From NCBI RefSeq assembly GCF_006345805.1, contig NW_021836802.1, positions 1 through 37,326 on the forward strand: a DNA stretch of 37,326 nt, given 5' to 3'. The notes beneath the pieces were generated by a model. That model searched no databases. It saw nothing but the letters and a program-made list of their open reading frames with translations, and was not told the origin of the DNA. The number at the start of each line of letters is the position of its first letter. Positions within the stretch are counted from its first letter, which is position 1. Source of the DNA: Octopus sinensis (taxonomy: Eukaryota). Shown in pieces: positions 1 to 12,519 of this stretch. The position numbers and the translations under genes are program-made.

Positions 1-289
1 AATTAAGTACCAGTTACGCACTGGGGTCGATATAATCGACTTAATCGTTTGTCTGTCCTTGTTTGTCCTCTCTGTGTTTAGCCCCTTGTGGGTAGTAAAG
101 AAATAGGTATTACGTCTGCCGTTACGTTCTGAGTTCAAATTCGCCGAGGTCGACTTGCCTTTCATCCTTTCGGGGGTCGATTATAAGTACCAGTTACGCA
201 CTGGGGTCGATATAATCGACTTAATCCGTTTGTCTGTCCTTGTTTGTCCTCTCTGTGTTTAGCCCCTTGTGGGTAGTAAAGAAATAGGT
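1..289 (+). mobile_element. SINE family A, two tandem partial copies
   Basis: B-box GAGTTCAAATT, central CCTTTCATCCTTTCGGGGGTCGA-AAGTACCAG block and 3' GCCCCTTGTGGGTAGTAAAGAAATAGGT, repeated with ~180-bp period; same family recurs many times in the window. Confidence 0.85.
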
Positions 290-420
290 TTCCATCTATG
301 AAATTCACTCACAAGGAATTGGTTGCACACTATCCACGTTTCTGCGCAGTGGGACTTTGAACCCGAAGCCATGTGACTCCCAAAGCGAGCATGTTAACCA
401 CGCAGACATGCCTGTCCCTA
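290..420 (-). mobile_element. SINE family C 5' fragment (degenerate)
   Basis: Reverse-complement similarity to family C head seen at 16754 and 20417 (CAGTGGGACT-GAACCC, CCATGTG). Confidence 0.6.
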
Positions 421-598
421 CACAACTATATCTACTCCTAGTTTTTTTTTTGTCTTTTATAACATTCAATATAAAAAGCGGAGTAATTAAGGAGAATAAA
501 CGATATTTATATAATCAGCTGCTTCGGATTCTTTTATGTGAACCACCCACGCCAAAATTATGAAGAATTTATTGCGGCAGATGTTTGTTCTTTCTTAG

Positions 599-848
599 TT
601 TCAAGTCATTTGTCTGGCTGGTCTCTTTGTCCACTTCTCTTTGTCCAAACGAATCCAACGCGATCCAGCCGGACCCACCTCCACCTACCTACAACCTCAA
701 CCAAATTAAACCACACACTAACGCATCCACATACAGAATACAACATGAGATCCCATCGCGCCCTCCACCGTACAGCGCCGCACCACTTCGACTCGGATCG
801 TATCGTATCGTATCTGCAGCTCCCCAACAGCTCCGACGACAACGCTGA
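599..848 (+). CDS. Possible terminal coding exon with two PPxY motifs (PPPPTY, RPPPY)
   Basis: Polypyrimidine tract plus AG at 597-598, open frame to TGA at 846-848, non-repetitive and GC-richer than flanks, followed by (CA)n. No upstream exon or homology identified. Confidence 0.33.
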
Positions 849-863
849 ATTAAACAATCGTAG

Positions 864-881
864 GCGCACGCACACACACAT

Positions 882-920
<39 letters not shown>

Positions 921-1228
921 TGCACACACACACATACATACACACACACACAGAAACATACACACAGAAACACAGACACACACACACACGCATGCACAGA
1001 AACCCCCACACAGAGACACAGAGACACACACACACACATGCACACACACACAGACACACACACACAAACACACACACGGACACACACACATGCACATATA
1101 CACACACACAAACACACAGACACACAGACACACAAACACACAGACACACAGACACACACAAACGCACACAAACACACAGACATAAACACACAGACACACA
1201 CAGACACAGACACAGACACACACACACA
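864..1228. repeat. Imperfect (CA)n/(CAGA)n microsatellite
   Basis: Directly visible; source of the spurious His/Thr and Cys/Val ORFs. Confidence 0.97.
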
Positions 1229-1539
1229 TGTATATGTGCATAGAAACCAATTGATATGACCACCACCACCACCACCACCGGCCACTACCATCGCCGCCAC
1301 ATCTTCCACTATACCTGCTTCTCATCCACCCACAAGCTAAACAGTGTGATACGATTGATTAGCTATCGATAAATATAGATTACGGTAATAAAGTATGGCG
1401 ATTTGAGAGACAAAAGACAGAACGGAAGAAAGAAGGAAAGGAGGAAATAAATAACGGTTCCACACACGTACACAGCAACAGCAACAACATGAACCAACAG
1501 CACATAACAACTCATTATTTAGATTAAGTTTGGTGGATG

Positions 1540-1725
1540 GTTGGCGCGTCAACGGCATTTCTTCCGTCTCTACGTTCTGAGTTCGAATACAACCGAGGAC
1601 GACTTTGCGTTTTATCGTTTCGGGCTCAATGAAATAAGTACCAGTCAAGTACTGGAGGCTGCTGTAATCGACTGGCCCCCAAAAGTTTCAGGTCTTGTGC
1701 CCAGAGTACAAAGACTTGCTTAGAA
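1540..1725 (+). mobile_element. SINE family A-related, degenerate
   Basis: TCTGAGTTCGAAT B-box followed by GACTTTGC-TTT-ATC-TTTCGGG-AATAAGTACCAG central block. Confidence 0.65.
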
Positions 1726-1879
1726 TTAGTAGGTCGGTACAACGGCAGATTTGGTAGCACCGTCGGTGGACAAAATGCTAGGTAGTCTTTCCTATAGCAT
1801 TTCACATTCTTGGATCGAATTCTTATTTATTTATTGCCCACAAGGGGCTAAACAGTGGGACAAACAAGGGCAGACAGAG

Positions 1880-1938
1880 AAACCGCGATCCTATGACCGC
1901 AGTCCGCTGCCCTAACCACTGGGCCATTGCGACTCCAC
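1880..1938 (-). mobile_element. SINE family B head fragment
   Basis: Reverse complement of GGAGGCGCAATGGCCCAGTGGTTAGGGCAGCGGAC. Confidence 0.8.
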
Positions 1939-2207
1939 GTCGATAAAATAAGTACCATTTGAACACTAGAGTCAACGTAATCGAATAGGCCGTCAATCAA
2001 AATTTCAGACCTTGTTTTTGTAGTAGAAAGAATTTTGTTACTCTTCTTCGTTCCAAGTCGTCGAATGCCGAGACTGCAAATTTGGAATCTGTAGTAGCAC
2101 CACGGATGTTAGAAGTTGAACGTCTCTTTCCCGGCTCGTCAAGCATTCCGAGACCAGATTAACAAGTTAGTCCATCGGAAGTTGTCAGCTGCAATCGTCA
2201 ACAACAA

Positions 2208-2623
2208 CCTATTTCTTTACTACCCACAAGGGGCTAAACACAGAGAGGACGAACAAGGACAGACAAACGGATCAAGTCGATTATATCGACCCCAGTGCGT
2301 AACTGGTACTTATTTAATCGATCCCGAAAGGGTGAAAGGCAAAGTCGATCTCGGCGAAATTTGAACTCAGAACGTAGCGGCCGACGAAATACCTATTTCT
2401 TTACTACCCACAAGGGTCTAAACACAGAGAGGACGAACAGGGACAGACAAACGGATGAAGTCGATTACATTGACCCCAGTGCGTAACTGGTACTTATTTA
2501 ATCGACACCGAACGGATGAAAGGCAAGATCGACCTCGGCGGGATTTGAACTCAGAACGTAACGGCAGACGAAATACTGCTAAGCTTTCGTCCGGCATGCT
2601 AACGTTTCTGCCAGTTTGCTGCC
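2208..2623 (-). mobile_element. SINE family A tandem dimer
   Basis: Two head-to-tail copies (~2208-2390 and ~2391-2623); the second includes the tRNA-like head with A box TGGCAGAAACG and B box GAGTTCAAATCC on the minus strand. Confidence 0.88.
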
Positions 2624-2634
2624 TTAATTCTTAG

Positions 2635-2773
2635 ATCGAATTCTGCCGAGGTTGACTTTGCCTTTCATCCTTTTTGGGGAGATAAAATAAATATCATTGA
2701 AGACTGGTGTCGATGCAATCGAATAGTCACCTCCCTTATAATTTCAGTCTTTGTATCTACAGTAGAAAGGATT
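2635..2773 (+). mobile_element. SINE family A-related fragment, target of a family B insertion
   Basis: GACTTTGCCTTTCATCC central block and 3' end AGTAGAAAGGATT. Confidence 0.65.
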
Positions 2774-3160
2774 GGAGGCGCAATGCCCCAGTGGTTAGGG
2801 CACCGGAATCGCGGTCATAGGATCGCGGTTTCGATTCCCAGACCGGGCGTTGTGAGTGTTTATTGAGCGAAAACACTTAAAAGCTCCACGAGGCTCCGGC
2901 AGGGGATGGTGGTGATCCCTGCTGTACTCTTTCACCACAACTTTCTCTCACTCTTACTTCCTGTTTCTGTTGTACCTGTATTTCAAGGGGCCGGCCTTGT
3001 CACTTTCTGTGTCACGCTGAATATCCCCGGGAACTATGTTAAGGGTACACGTGTCTGTGGAGTGCTCAGCCACTTACACGTTAATTTCACGAGCAGGCTG
3101 TTCCGTTGATTCGGATCAACCGGAACCCTCATCGTCGTAACCGACGGAGTGCTTCCATTC
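2774..3160 (+). mobile_element. Full-length SINE family B with 10-bp TSD
   Basis: tRNA-like head (A-box-like TGCCCCAGTGG, B-box GTTTCGATTCC); AGAAAGGATT at 2764-2773 and 3161-3170. Confidence 0.9.
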
Positions 3161-3576
3161 AGAAAGGATTAAAAAAAAAAATAGTGGTAAGCTGGCGGAA
3201 TGTTAGTACAATCGTTGGTCGATGTAATCGTCTATTAAGGTTGCGAACAAGCAGAACCAAATACTTAGCGACAATTCTTTGAGCTCTCCGGGTTCTTAGT
3301 TCAAATCCTGCAGAAGTCGATTTTACCTTTCGTCCTTTCTGAGTCGATAAAATAAGTATGAATCGAGTACTGGGATCGATATAAACGATTTCTCCCTCCA
3401 CTAAAATGGCTGCCATTGTGCCTAAATTAGAATGAATAAACTGTTGAGCTGTCACAATCGTTAGAGCGTCGGACAAAATGATCAGAGCCATTTTTTTTCT
3501 GGCATTTCCCGCTCTGAGTTCAAATTCTGTGTAAGTCGACTTTGCTTTTTATCATATCTGGGTCGATAAAATGTAT

Positions 3577-4254
3577 CGAAGCACTCCGTCGGTTACGACG
3601 ACGAAGGTTCCGGTTGATCCGAATCAACGGAACAGCCTGCTCGTGAAATTAACGTGTAAGTGGCTGAGCACTCCACAGACACGTGTACCCTTAACGTAGT
3701 TCTCGGGGATATTCAGCGTGAGACAGAGAGTGACAAGGCCGGCCCTTTGAAATACAGGTACAACAGAAACAGGAAGTAAGAGTGAGAGAAAGTTGTGGTG
3801 AAAGAGTACAGCAGGGATCACCACCATCCCCTGCCGGAGCCTCGTGGAGCTTTAGGTGTTTTCGCTCAATATGGAAGCACTCCGTCGGTTACGACGACGA
3901 GGGTTCCGGTTGATCCGAATCAACGGAACAGCCTGCTCGTGAAATTAACGTGTAAGTGGCTGAGCACTCCACAGACACGTGTACCCTTAACGTAGTTCTC
4001 GGGGATATTCAGCGTGACACAGATAGTGACAAGACCGGCCCTTTGAAATACAGGTACAACAGAAACAGGAAGTAAGAGTGAGAAAGTTGTGGTGAAAGAT
4101 ACAGCAGGGATCACCACCATCCCCTGCCGGAGGCTCGTGGAGCTTTTTAGGTGTGTTCGCTCTATGAACACTCACAACGCCCGGTCTGGGAATCGAAACG
4201 GCGATCCTATGACCGCGAGTCCGCTGTCCTAACCACTGGCCATTGTGCCTCCAC
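3577..4254 (-). mobile_element. SINE family B tandem (5'-truncated copy plus full copy)
   Basis: 3577-3870 lacks the head; 3872-4254 is complete; the pair is flanked by GTCGATAAAAT on both sides inside a family A-like body. Confidence 0.88.
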
Positions 4255-4523
4255 GTCGATAAAATAAGTAATAGTTGAACACTAGAGTCAATGTAATCGA
4301 ATAGGCCGTCGATCAAAATTTCAGACATTGTTTTTGTAGTAGAAAGAATTTTGTTACTCTTCTTCGTTCCAAATCGTCGGCTGCCGAGACTGCAAATTTG
4401 GAATCTGTAGTAGCACCACGGATGTTAGAAGTTGAACGTCTCTTTCCCGGCTCGTCAAGCATTCCGAGACCAGATTAACAAGTTAGTCCATCGGAAGTTG
4501 TCAGCTGCAATCGTCAACAACAA

Positions 4524-4742
4524 CCTATTACTTTACTACCCACAAGGGGCTAAACACAGAGAGGACAAACCAGGACAGACAAAAGGATTAAGTCGATTAC
4601 ATCGACCCCAGTGCGTAACTGGTACTTAATTCATCGACCCCGAAAGGATGAAAGGCAAAGTCGACCTCGGCGGAATTTGAACTCAGAACGTAACGGCTAC
4701 GCATTTTGTCCGGCGTGCTAACGTTTCTGCCAGCTCGCCGCC
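4524..4742 (-). mobile_element. SINE family A
   Basis: Head GGCGGCGAGCTGGCAGAAACGTTAGC on the minus strand, B box, central block and 3' tail. Confidence 0.88.
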
Positions 4743-4789
4743 ATACTGCCAGCTCGCCGCCATCATCAACAACAACCGATGGTAGATAA

Positions 4790-6513
4790 ACCTGAAAAGG
4801 GTTATTGGAGTAGATGGGGTTAGAGTTTAGTAGCGAAATAGAGGAACATAGAATAAAGGGAGACTTAGCTAGGAAACTAGAAGAGGCACTTAGAAGAGGA
4901 TTGGGTACAGAAGTGCTGGCGGCGAGATTTGCTCTTGATCAAGTCTTCAGTGCAAGCACGAAAGCTGTTTTGTTAGAGCAAGAGTGCGTGTTCTAAGATG
5001 CGAGGGGATGAAAGCCGTCCGATCGGCCAGGGTGGCAGAGGCGCAGCGTGTAAACAAAGCCGTACTTCGAATTTTGACGGGCTTTGGCGGGATCATGCTA
5101 CTCGAATCCAAGCTTTGTGCGCGGAAATTCAGCGATATTTTGTCGAACTCTTTTGAGCACGTGGATTTAACTTCCTACGTCGACGGCATGCTGCGTCTAT
5201 TAGCCAGGGATGCTGATTTCTGCGAAATGCCTATATAACTACCGAAACCATGCGGGATTCAATGACTGGCTGCACAGAGGAAAAGTACCTGGGAAATGGA
5301 TGGTCTGCCCTCCAAGCTTTATCTCCATAAGCTTGCTTGGTGATCCCTTTGCTGATGTCTACCGTAACTGGTGGCAGAAAGGGACAATTTCTGATGATGA
5401 TGAGAGGCATGGCGTTGCAGTGCTGCTGAAAAAGGACTCAAAGAATGGGGAACAAATACATCATTTTAGGCCCATAACGCTTCTGAACACAGATTGCAAG
5501 ACGTTGGCCAGGTGTTAGCCAAGAGGTTGGCACTTGAGATTGTTATGCTGGTCGGTGACGCGCAATACGTGCTATCTCAAATATATCCATCCACGACAAC
5601 CTCCATCTTAAACGCTACGTCATAAAGAGAGTGGGTAAGAAACCTGGCATAGATGTGCCCTAACAAATTTGGAACAATTGAAAGCTTTTCATAGGGTCGA
5701 CAACAGATACTTGGAGGTTGGATCGCTGCAATGTGCAGTGACATCTGTTTGTTAGTCAAAATAAATGCCCACCTTTCGAAATCACTTAACATGACACGTT
5801 TTGTCCATCAAGGATACCCAGTTTTGCCCCTCCCTACCTGCCTATCGAGCCATTACTACGAGAAGTCGATGTTTCGAGGGGTATCATAAGTGAACTAGAA
5901 CGAGGAATATTTACGGTGACTTCTGCGGGTGACGTCACTGAAATAGGGTCGGACATCTCGGAAATCGAGATGAAGGAAGCGGTCAAGAAGCGCTTAGGAG
6001 GAGTGATTGACCATAAGTCGGTGGGCCTACAGCTCTGCACCTGGAGAAGCAGGTCTATGCCATCCGACAGTGACGTAGGGCGCTGAATGGAATGATCACT
6101 TAAATTGCTTGAGATCTGGTTTGATCTTGATCTCCAGGGGGGCAAGAACTAAGGAGAGGTGAAGAGCAGGGTAGCCAGTCAATTCTAGAAATGTGCAAAG
6201 AGGAAGCTGCTCTCAGAGGGTCGGATAGAACTGGCGAATGCGCACATCACATCCGTCATCTACTATCGCTTGACTGTCGGCCCTTGCCTTACTTCGTTGC
6301 TGACCAAGATGGAGCAATTTCTCTTCCAGTGAAAGAGACGGTCAGTCTCGTTAGATGGTCCATCTATTGTCAGCAGCCACTGCGTGGAGGATGGGACATA
6401 CCGTGGCTAATGCTGTGCATACATGCGCTGCGACATCTCCAGAGTTTCCTTGACGGGTATCTGGTGTGGTCGCCGTTTGCCAGACGAGATTTTCTGCAGC
6501 TCGTGCAAAGAAG
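4790..6513 (+). pseudogene. Decayed L1/Tx1-clade LINE ORF2 (pre-RT linker, RT, post-RT)
   Basis: Translated remnants VRAR...EGMK, GKVPGK, FRPITLLNTDCKTLA, LAKRL, IHDNLH, KAFHRVD, VHQGYP, degenerate AYADDVT (SAGDVT), LLEIWFDLD; many stops and frameshifts. Confidence 0.75.
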
Positions 6514-7015
6514 TCAAAGAATGGGGAACAAATACATCATTTTAGGCCCATAACGCTTCTGAACACAGATTGCAAAGATGTTGGCCAAGGTGTTAGCCAA
6601 GAGGTTGGCACTTGACATTGTTATGCTGGTCGGTGACGCGCAATACGTGCTATCTCAAATATATCCATCCACGACAACCTCCATCTTAAACGCTACGTCA
6701 TAAAGAGAGTGGGTAAGAAACCTGGCATAGATGTGCCCTAACAAATTTGGAACAATTGAAAGCTTTTCATAGGGTCGACAACAGATACTTGGAGGTTGGA
6801 TCGCTGCAATGTGCAGTGACATCTGTTTGTTAGTCAAAATAAATGCCCACCTTTCGAAATCACTTAACATGACACGTTTTGTCCATCAAGGATACCCAGT
6901 TTTGCCCCTCCCTACCTGCCTATCGAGCCATTACTACGAGAAGTCGATGTTTCGAGGGGTATCATAAGTGAACTAGAACGAGGAATATTTACGGTGACTT
7001 CTGCGGGTGACGTCA
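6514..7015 (+). repeat. Near-identical direct duplicate of 5438-5937
   Basis: Both copies run from TCAAAGAATGGGGAAC to GGTGACGTCA with only a few differences. Confidence 0.93.
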
Positions 7016-7020
7016 GGGAT

Positions 7021-7181
7021 CAAGAGTACAGCAGGGATCACCACCATCCCCTGCCGGAGCCTCGTGAAGCTTTTAGGTGTTTTCGCTCAATAAACACTCA
7101 CAACGCCCGGTCTGGGAATCGAAACCGCGATCCAACGACCGCGAGTCCGCTGCCCTAACCACTAGGCCATTGCGCCTCCAC
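7021..7181 (-). mobile_element. SINE family B 5' half
   Basis: Matches the first ~160 nt of family B in reverse complement. Confidence 0.85.
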
Positions 7182-7184
7182 TGC

Positions 7185-7300
7185 CGTTGATAGACTGGTA
7201 GGTAACGCGTAGTTACACGCTATTTCAAATACATCTATCCACGAGAACCTACATCTCATGGTCTACATCATGGAGAGAGTGCGTGGAGAACCTGGCACGT
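7185..7300 (+). pseudogene. Diverged third fragment of the Tx1-like RT region
   Basis: ACATCTATCCACGAGAACCTACATCTC...GAACCTGGCA resembles ATATCCATCCACGACAACCTCCATCTT...AAACCTGGCA at ~5580-5650. Confidence 0.6.
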
Positions 7301-7325
7301 ATATGTATGTGTGTATGTATGTATA

Positions 7326-7550
7326 GGAGGCGCAATGGCCCAGTGGTTAGGGCAGCGGACTTGCGGTCATAGGATCGCGGTTTCGATTCCCAGACCGGGC
7401 GTTGTGAGTGTTTATTGAGCGAAAAACACCTAAAAGCTCCACGAGGCTCCGGCAGGGGATGGTGGTGATCCCTGCTGTACTCTTTCACCACAACTTTCTC
7501 TCACTCTTACTTCCTGTTTCTGTTGTAGAAGTAACCGACGAAGTGCTTCC
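7326..7550 (+). mobile_element. SINE family B with internal deletion
   Basis: Head and 3' end (AACCGACGAAGTGCTTCC) present, middle missing; ATGTATGTAT-like duplication on both flanks. Confidence 0.85.
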
Positions 7551-7737
7551 ATCATGTATGTATGTTTATTTGTTGTGTGTGTGCGCGCATGCGTGCTTGT
7601 GTGTGGATGCAAATATAATCTTTATGCATTTAGCTAATTTCCTTTTCTTTCGCTTCACCCACTATCCTTTCGTATACATCTGCTATTTCAGTGTGATTGG
7701 ATTTCTTCAGTACGAAGTGCATGTGTGTGAGTCTAAG

Positions 7738-7739
7738 AC

Positions 7740-7803
<64 letters not shown>

Positions 7804-7818
7804 GAGAGAGAGAGAGGG
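7738..7818. repeat. (GA)n microsatellite
   Basis: Directly visible. Confidence 0.97.
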
Positions 7819-8071
7819 ATATCTTTACAGATAAGCATGTCATAACAAAATAATAAGTACTTCTAGAGCACTTTTAGTTTATAAATCCTTCAATGCAACC
7901 AATTAAGGCGTGTCTTGTGAGATTCGAGTGTCGAGTGAACTTACACACACAGACACACACACACACATAGCTTATTAGGCCCATATTAAAAAGTATTAAT
8001 TGTGGACGATACACTCGACAAGTATTTTCAGTTATTTGATAATGTTTAAAACTAGTTTAGAAAACACCGTT

Positions 8072-8083
8072 TACTACTACTAT

Positions 8084-8116
<33 letters not shown>

Positions 8117-8431
8117 CACTACTACTATCATTACCATCACTACTATTACTACCATTACTTCTACCGCTTATACTACTACTACTACTACTATACTACTACT
8201 ACTACTATACTACTACTACTACCACTACTACTATCATTACCATCACTACTATTACTACCATTACTTCTACTGCTTCTACTATTATTACTATCACTTCTAC
8301 TACTACTACTACTAGTACTACTACTACTACCACCACTACTACTACTACTACTACTACGACAACTACTATCATTACAATCACTACTATTACTACCATAACT
8401 TCTACTGCTTCTACTATTATTACTATCACTT

Positions 8432-8465
<34 letters not shown>

Positions 8466-8641
8466 GACTACTACTATCATTACCATCACTACTATTACTA
8501 CCATAACTTCTACTGCTTCTACTATTATTACTACCACTTCTACTACTACTACTACTACTACTACTACGACTACTACTATCATTACCATCACTACTATTAC
8601 TACCATAACTTCTACTGCTTCTACTATTATTACTACCACTT

Positions 8642-8675
<34 letters not shown>

Positions 8676-8749
8676 GACTACTACTATCATTACCATCACT
8701 ACTATTACTACCATAACTTCTACTGCTTCTAGTATTATTACTACCACTT

Positions 8750-8807
<58 letters not shown>

Positions 8808-9286
8808 GATACTACTATCATTAACATCACTACTATTACTACCATAACTTCTACTGCTTCTACTATTATTACTACCACTTCTACTACTACTACTACTACT
8901 ACTACTATCATTACCATCACTACTATTACTACCATAACTTCTACTGCTTCTACTATTATTACTACCACTTCTACTACTACTACTACCACTACTACTACTA
9001 CTACGACTACTACTATCATTACCATCACTACTATTATTACCATAACTTCTACTGCTTCTACTATTATTACTACCACTTCTACTAACTACTACTACCACTA
9101 CTACTACTACTACGACTACTACTATCATTACCATCACTACTATTACTACCATAACTTCTACTGCTTCTACTATTATTACTACCACTTCTACTACTACTAC
9201 TACTACTACTACTACAACTACTATCATTACCATCACTACTATTACTACCATAACTTCTACTGCTTCTACTATTATTACTACCACTT

Positions 9287-9325
<39 letters not shown>

Positions 9326-9665
9326 TCATTACCATCACTACTATTACTACCATAACTTCTACTGCTTCTACTATTATTACTACCACTTCTACTACTACTA
9401 CTACCACTACTACTACTACTACGACTACTACTATCATTACCATCACTACTATTACTACCATAACTTCTACTGCTTCTACTATTATTACTATCACTACTAC
9501 TACTACTACTACTACTACTACGACTACTACTATCATTAACATCAGTACTATTACTACCATAACTTCTACTGCTTCTACTATTACTACTACTACTACGACT
9601 ACTACTATCATTACCATCACTACTATTACTACCATAACTTCTATTGCTTCTACTATTATTACTAT

Positions 9666-9701
<36 letters not shown>

Positions 9702-9761
9702 CACTACTACTATCATTACCATCACTACTGTTACTACCATAACTTCTATTGCTTCTACTAT

Positions 9762-9796
<35 letters not shown>

Positions 9797-10100
9797 TCAT
9801 TACCATCACTACTATTACTACCATAACTTCTATTGCTTCTACTATTATTACTATCACTACTACTAATACTACTACTACTACTACCACTACTACTATCATT
9901 ACCATCACTACTGTTACTACCATAACTTCTACTGCTTCTACTATTACTACTACTACTACTACTACTATCATTACCATCACTACTGTTACTACCATAACTT
10001 CTACTGCTTCTACTATTACTACTACTACTACTACTACTACCACTACTACTATCATTACCATCACTACTGTTACTACCATAACTTCTACTGCTTCTACTAT

Positions 10101-10132
<32 letters not shown>

Positions 10133-10274
10133 TCATTACCATCACTACTATTACTACCATAACTTCTATTGCTTCTACTATTATTACTATCACTACTACT
10201 ACTACTACTACTACTAGCATTACCATCACTACTATTACTACCATAACTTCTATTGCTTCTACTATTATTACTAT

Positions 10275-10307
<33 letters not shown>

Positions 10308-10489
10308 CACTACTACCATCATTACCATCACTACTATTACTACCATAACTTCTACTCTTTCTACTATTACTACTACTACTACTACTACTACTACTATCAT
10401 TACCATCACTACTATTACGACCATTACTACAACTGCTTCTACTATTACGACCATTACTACAACTGCTTCTACTATTATTACTATCACTT

Positions 10490-10522
<33 letters not shown>

Positions 10523-10540
10523 ACTACTACTACTACTACC

Positions 10541-10576
<36 letters not shown>

Positions 10577-11005
10577 TCCATAACTACTACTACTACTTCT
10601 GCTACTGCTGCTGGTGTTGCTGTTGCGTTTTTACCACCATCGCCACCAATACCGCTTCAATTGCTACTAATACACTACCACCATCACTAGCGCAACTACT
10701 GCTACTACTACTACTACTACTACTACTACTGCTACTACTACTACTACTACTACTAATACTACTACTAATACTACTCCTACTACTACTAACTACTACTACT
10801 AATACTAATAGTACTACTACTAATACTACTACTAATACTAATACTACTACTACTAATACTAATACTACTACTAATACTAATACTAATACTAATACTACTA
10901 CTACTAATACTACTACTACTACTACTAATACTACTACTACTACTAATACTACTACACTACTACTAATACTACTACTAATACTACTACTGCTAATACTACT
11001 ACTAT
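8072..11005. repeat. (ACT)n-derived higher-order minisatellite
   Basis: Core CTATCATTACCATCACTACTATTACTACCATAACTTCTACTGCTTCTACTATTATTACTA repeated roughly 30 times between ~8240 and ~10400 with variable (ACT)n spacers; simpler (ACT)/(ACTAAT) tracts at both ends. Confidence 0.95.
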
Positions 11006-11237
11006 AATCTAAACTGATATTTAATGAATGTCACGGTGTACGTTTCACAAGAATTTTGGCTAAATTATTCCAATGCCGAGGTTTATTCGGGTGACGTTTG
11101 ACACTCCTGATGAAGATAGATGTCTTTTGGGAGGAAAACAAGGAGATTGTGGGGCCATTTTATAGAGTTTGTCCATGACACCCACCCACCCAACCTCCAG
11201 TTAAAAAGAAGAATAGCAAAAACAAGCCTGCAAGAGC

Positions 11238-11400
11238 AGACGTGGCTGTGTGGTTAACAAGTTTGCGTTGCACCCACGAGATTTCGTGTTCGGTTTAGTC
11301 CCACTGTCTCACACCTTCGGCAAGTGTCTTCTATAGTCCTGGACCAATCAATTCCTTGAGAGTGATACTAGCAGACAGAAACTGTGAAGAAATGTATGTA
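11238..11400 (+). mobile_element. SINE family C 5' half, degenerate
   Basis: GTGGCTGTGTGGTTAAC head, AGTCCCACTG, CACCTTCGGCAAGTGTCTT. Confidence 0.65.
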
Positions 11401-11431
11401 TATAAATACATGTATATGTGTGTGTGTGTGC

Positions 11432-11465
<34 letters not shown>

Positions 11466-11588
11466 GTGTATGTATGTATGTATATATATACATATACATA
11501 TATATATATATGTATGTATGTATGTATATGTGTAATATATATATGTATATAGATATATATATGTATGTAGTATAACATATACATATAC

Positions 11589-11622
<34 letters not shown>
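11395..11622. repeat. (TG)n/(TATG)n/(TA)n microsatellite
   Basis: Directly visible. Confidence 0.95.
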
Positions 11623-11628
<6 letters not shown>

Positions 11629-11954
11629 TAATAAGGGTAGAAATGATATTTATCAATTAAGACCAGTGGTCTAGCATATTAAAAAAGAATCCGAAGATTA
11701 AAATATTTATATATACCAATTAAGGACTGAACACGAAAAAGTGGACAGTCAACATGCTAGATATAGACGTCAAATCGCCATTCACCACAAAAGATTATGT
11801 TCTCAGATCAAACTCAACACAAAACCATAGCAATAAACAAGTGAAAAATATACGCATTTGAAAGATATATTCAAATGTAATAGGCTGAACTCCATGCACG
11901 CGATATTTCGGTATCGTGTTTGCATCTAGTCCAGCAAATTACATTTATAACGGA

Positions 11955-12018
11955 CCATGCTGATGATGGCTGCAGTTTCCTTGCGGAAAATAACAGCTGA
12001 AACTAATTTAGTACATGG
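11955..12018 (+). ncRNA. Type I hammerhead ribozyme, canonical core
   Basis: Stem I CCATG/CATGG; CTGATGA 11960-11966; stem II GGCTG/CAGCT; GAAA 11999-12002; stem III ACTA-ATT-TAGT; GUA triplet, predicted cut after 12013. Confidence 0.8.
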
Positions 12019-12454
12019 GTAATTATTTTATTTCGTATATTTTTCACTTGTTATTGCTATGGTTTTGTGTGGTTTGATCTGAGAACATAATCTTTTGTGG
12101 TGAATGGCGATTTGACGTCTATATCTAGCATGTTGACTGTCCACTTTTCGTGTTCAGTCCTTAATTGGTATATATAAAAATATTTAATCTTCGGATTCTT
12201 TTTTAATTGCTAGACCACTGGTCTTAATTGATAAATATCAATTCTACCCTTAATTAATTTATATAAATAAATATGTTCTCTAACCGATAAATTAACTGCT
12301 GCTAATTATTAGCTGCAGGCTAGTTTTCTCGGGTTTCAACGCGCCAAAGTAAAGGCATTTGAAAGATTATTCAAATGTAATAGGCTGAACTCCATGCACG
12401 CGATATTTCGGTATCGTGTTTGCATCTAGTCCAGCAAATTACATTTATAACGGA

Positions 12455-12519
12455 CCATGCGGATGATGGCTGCAGTTTTCCTTGCGGAAAATAACAGCTG
12501 AAACTAATTTAGTACATGG
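12455..12519 (+). ncRNA. Type I hammerhead ribozyme copy with U4G core change
   Basis: Same fold as 11955-12018 but core reads CGGATGA (12460-12466); mutation or sequencing error. Confidence 0.65.

Noticed and set aside
606-1325. Long Cys/Val and His/Thr ORFs
   Set aside because: Translation of (CA)n microsatellite; the same applies to the Tyr/Ile, poly-Leu and poly-Ile ORFs elsewhere.
2774-2850. tRNA genes at SINE heads
   Set aside because: A and B boxes are present, but there is no complete cloverleaf and each head continues into a SINE body.
8205-10581. 760-aa Val-rich and 499-aa Ser-rich minus-strand ORFs
   Set aside because: Stop-free frames of a triplet-derived satellite; no domain, promoter or splice evidence.
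11040-11150. CTGATGA at ~11107 and GAAACGTAC on the minus strand
   Set aside because: The two motifs are on opposite strands and no consistent hammerhead fold could be built.
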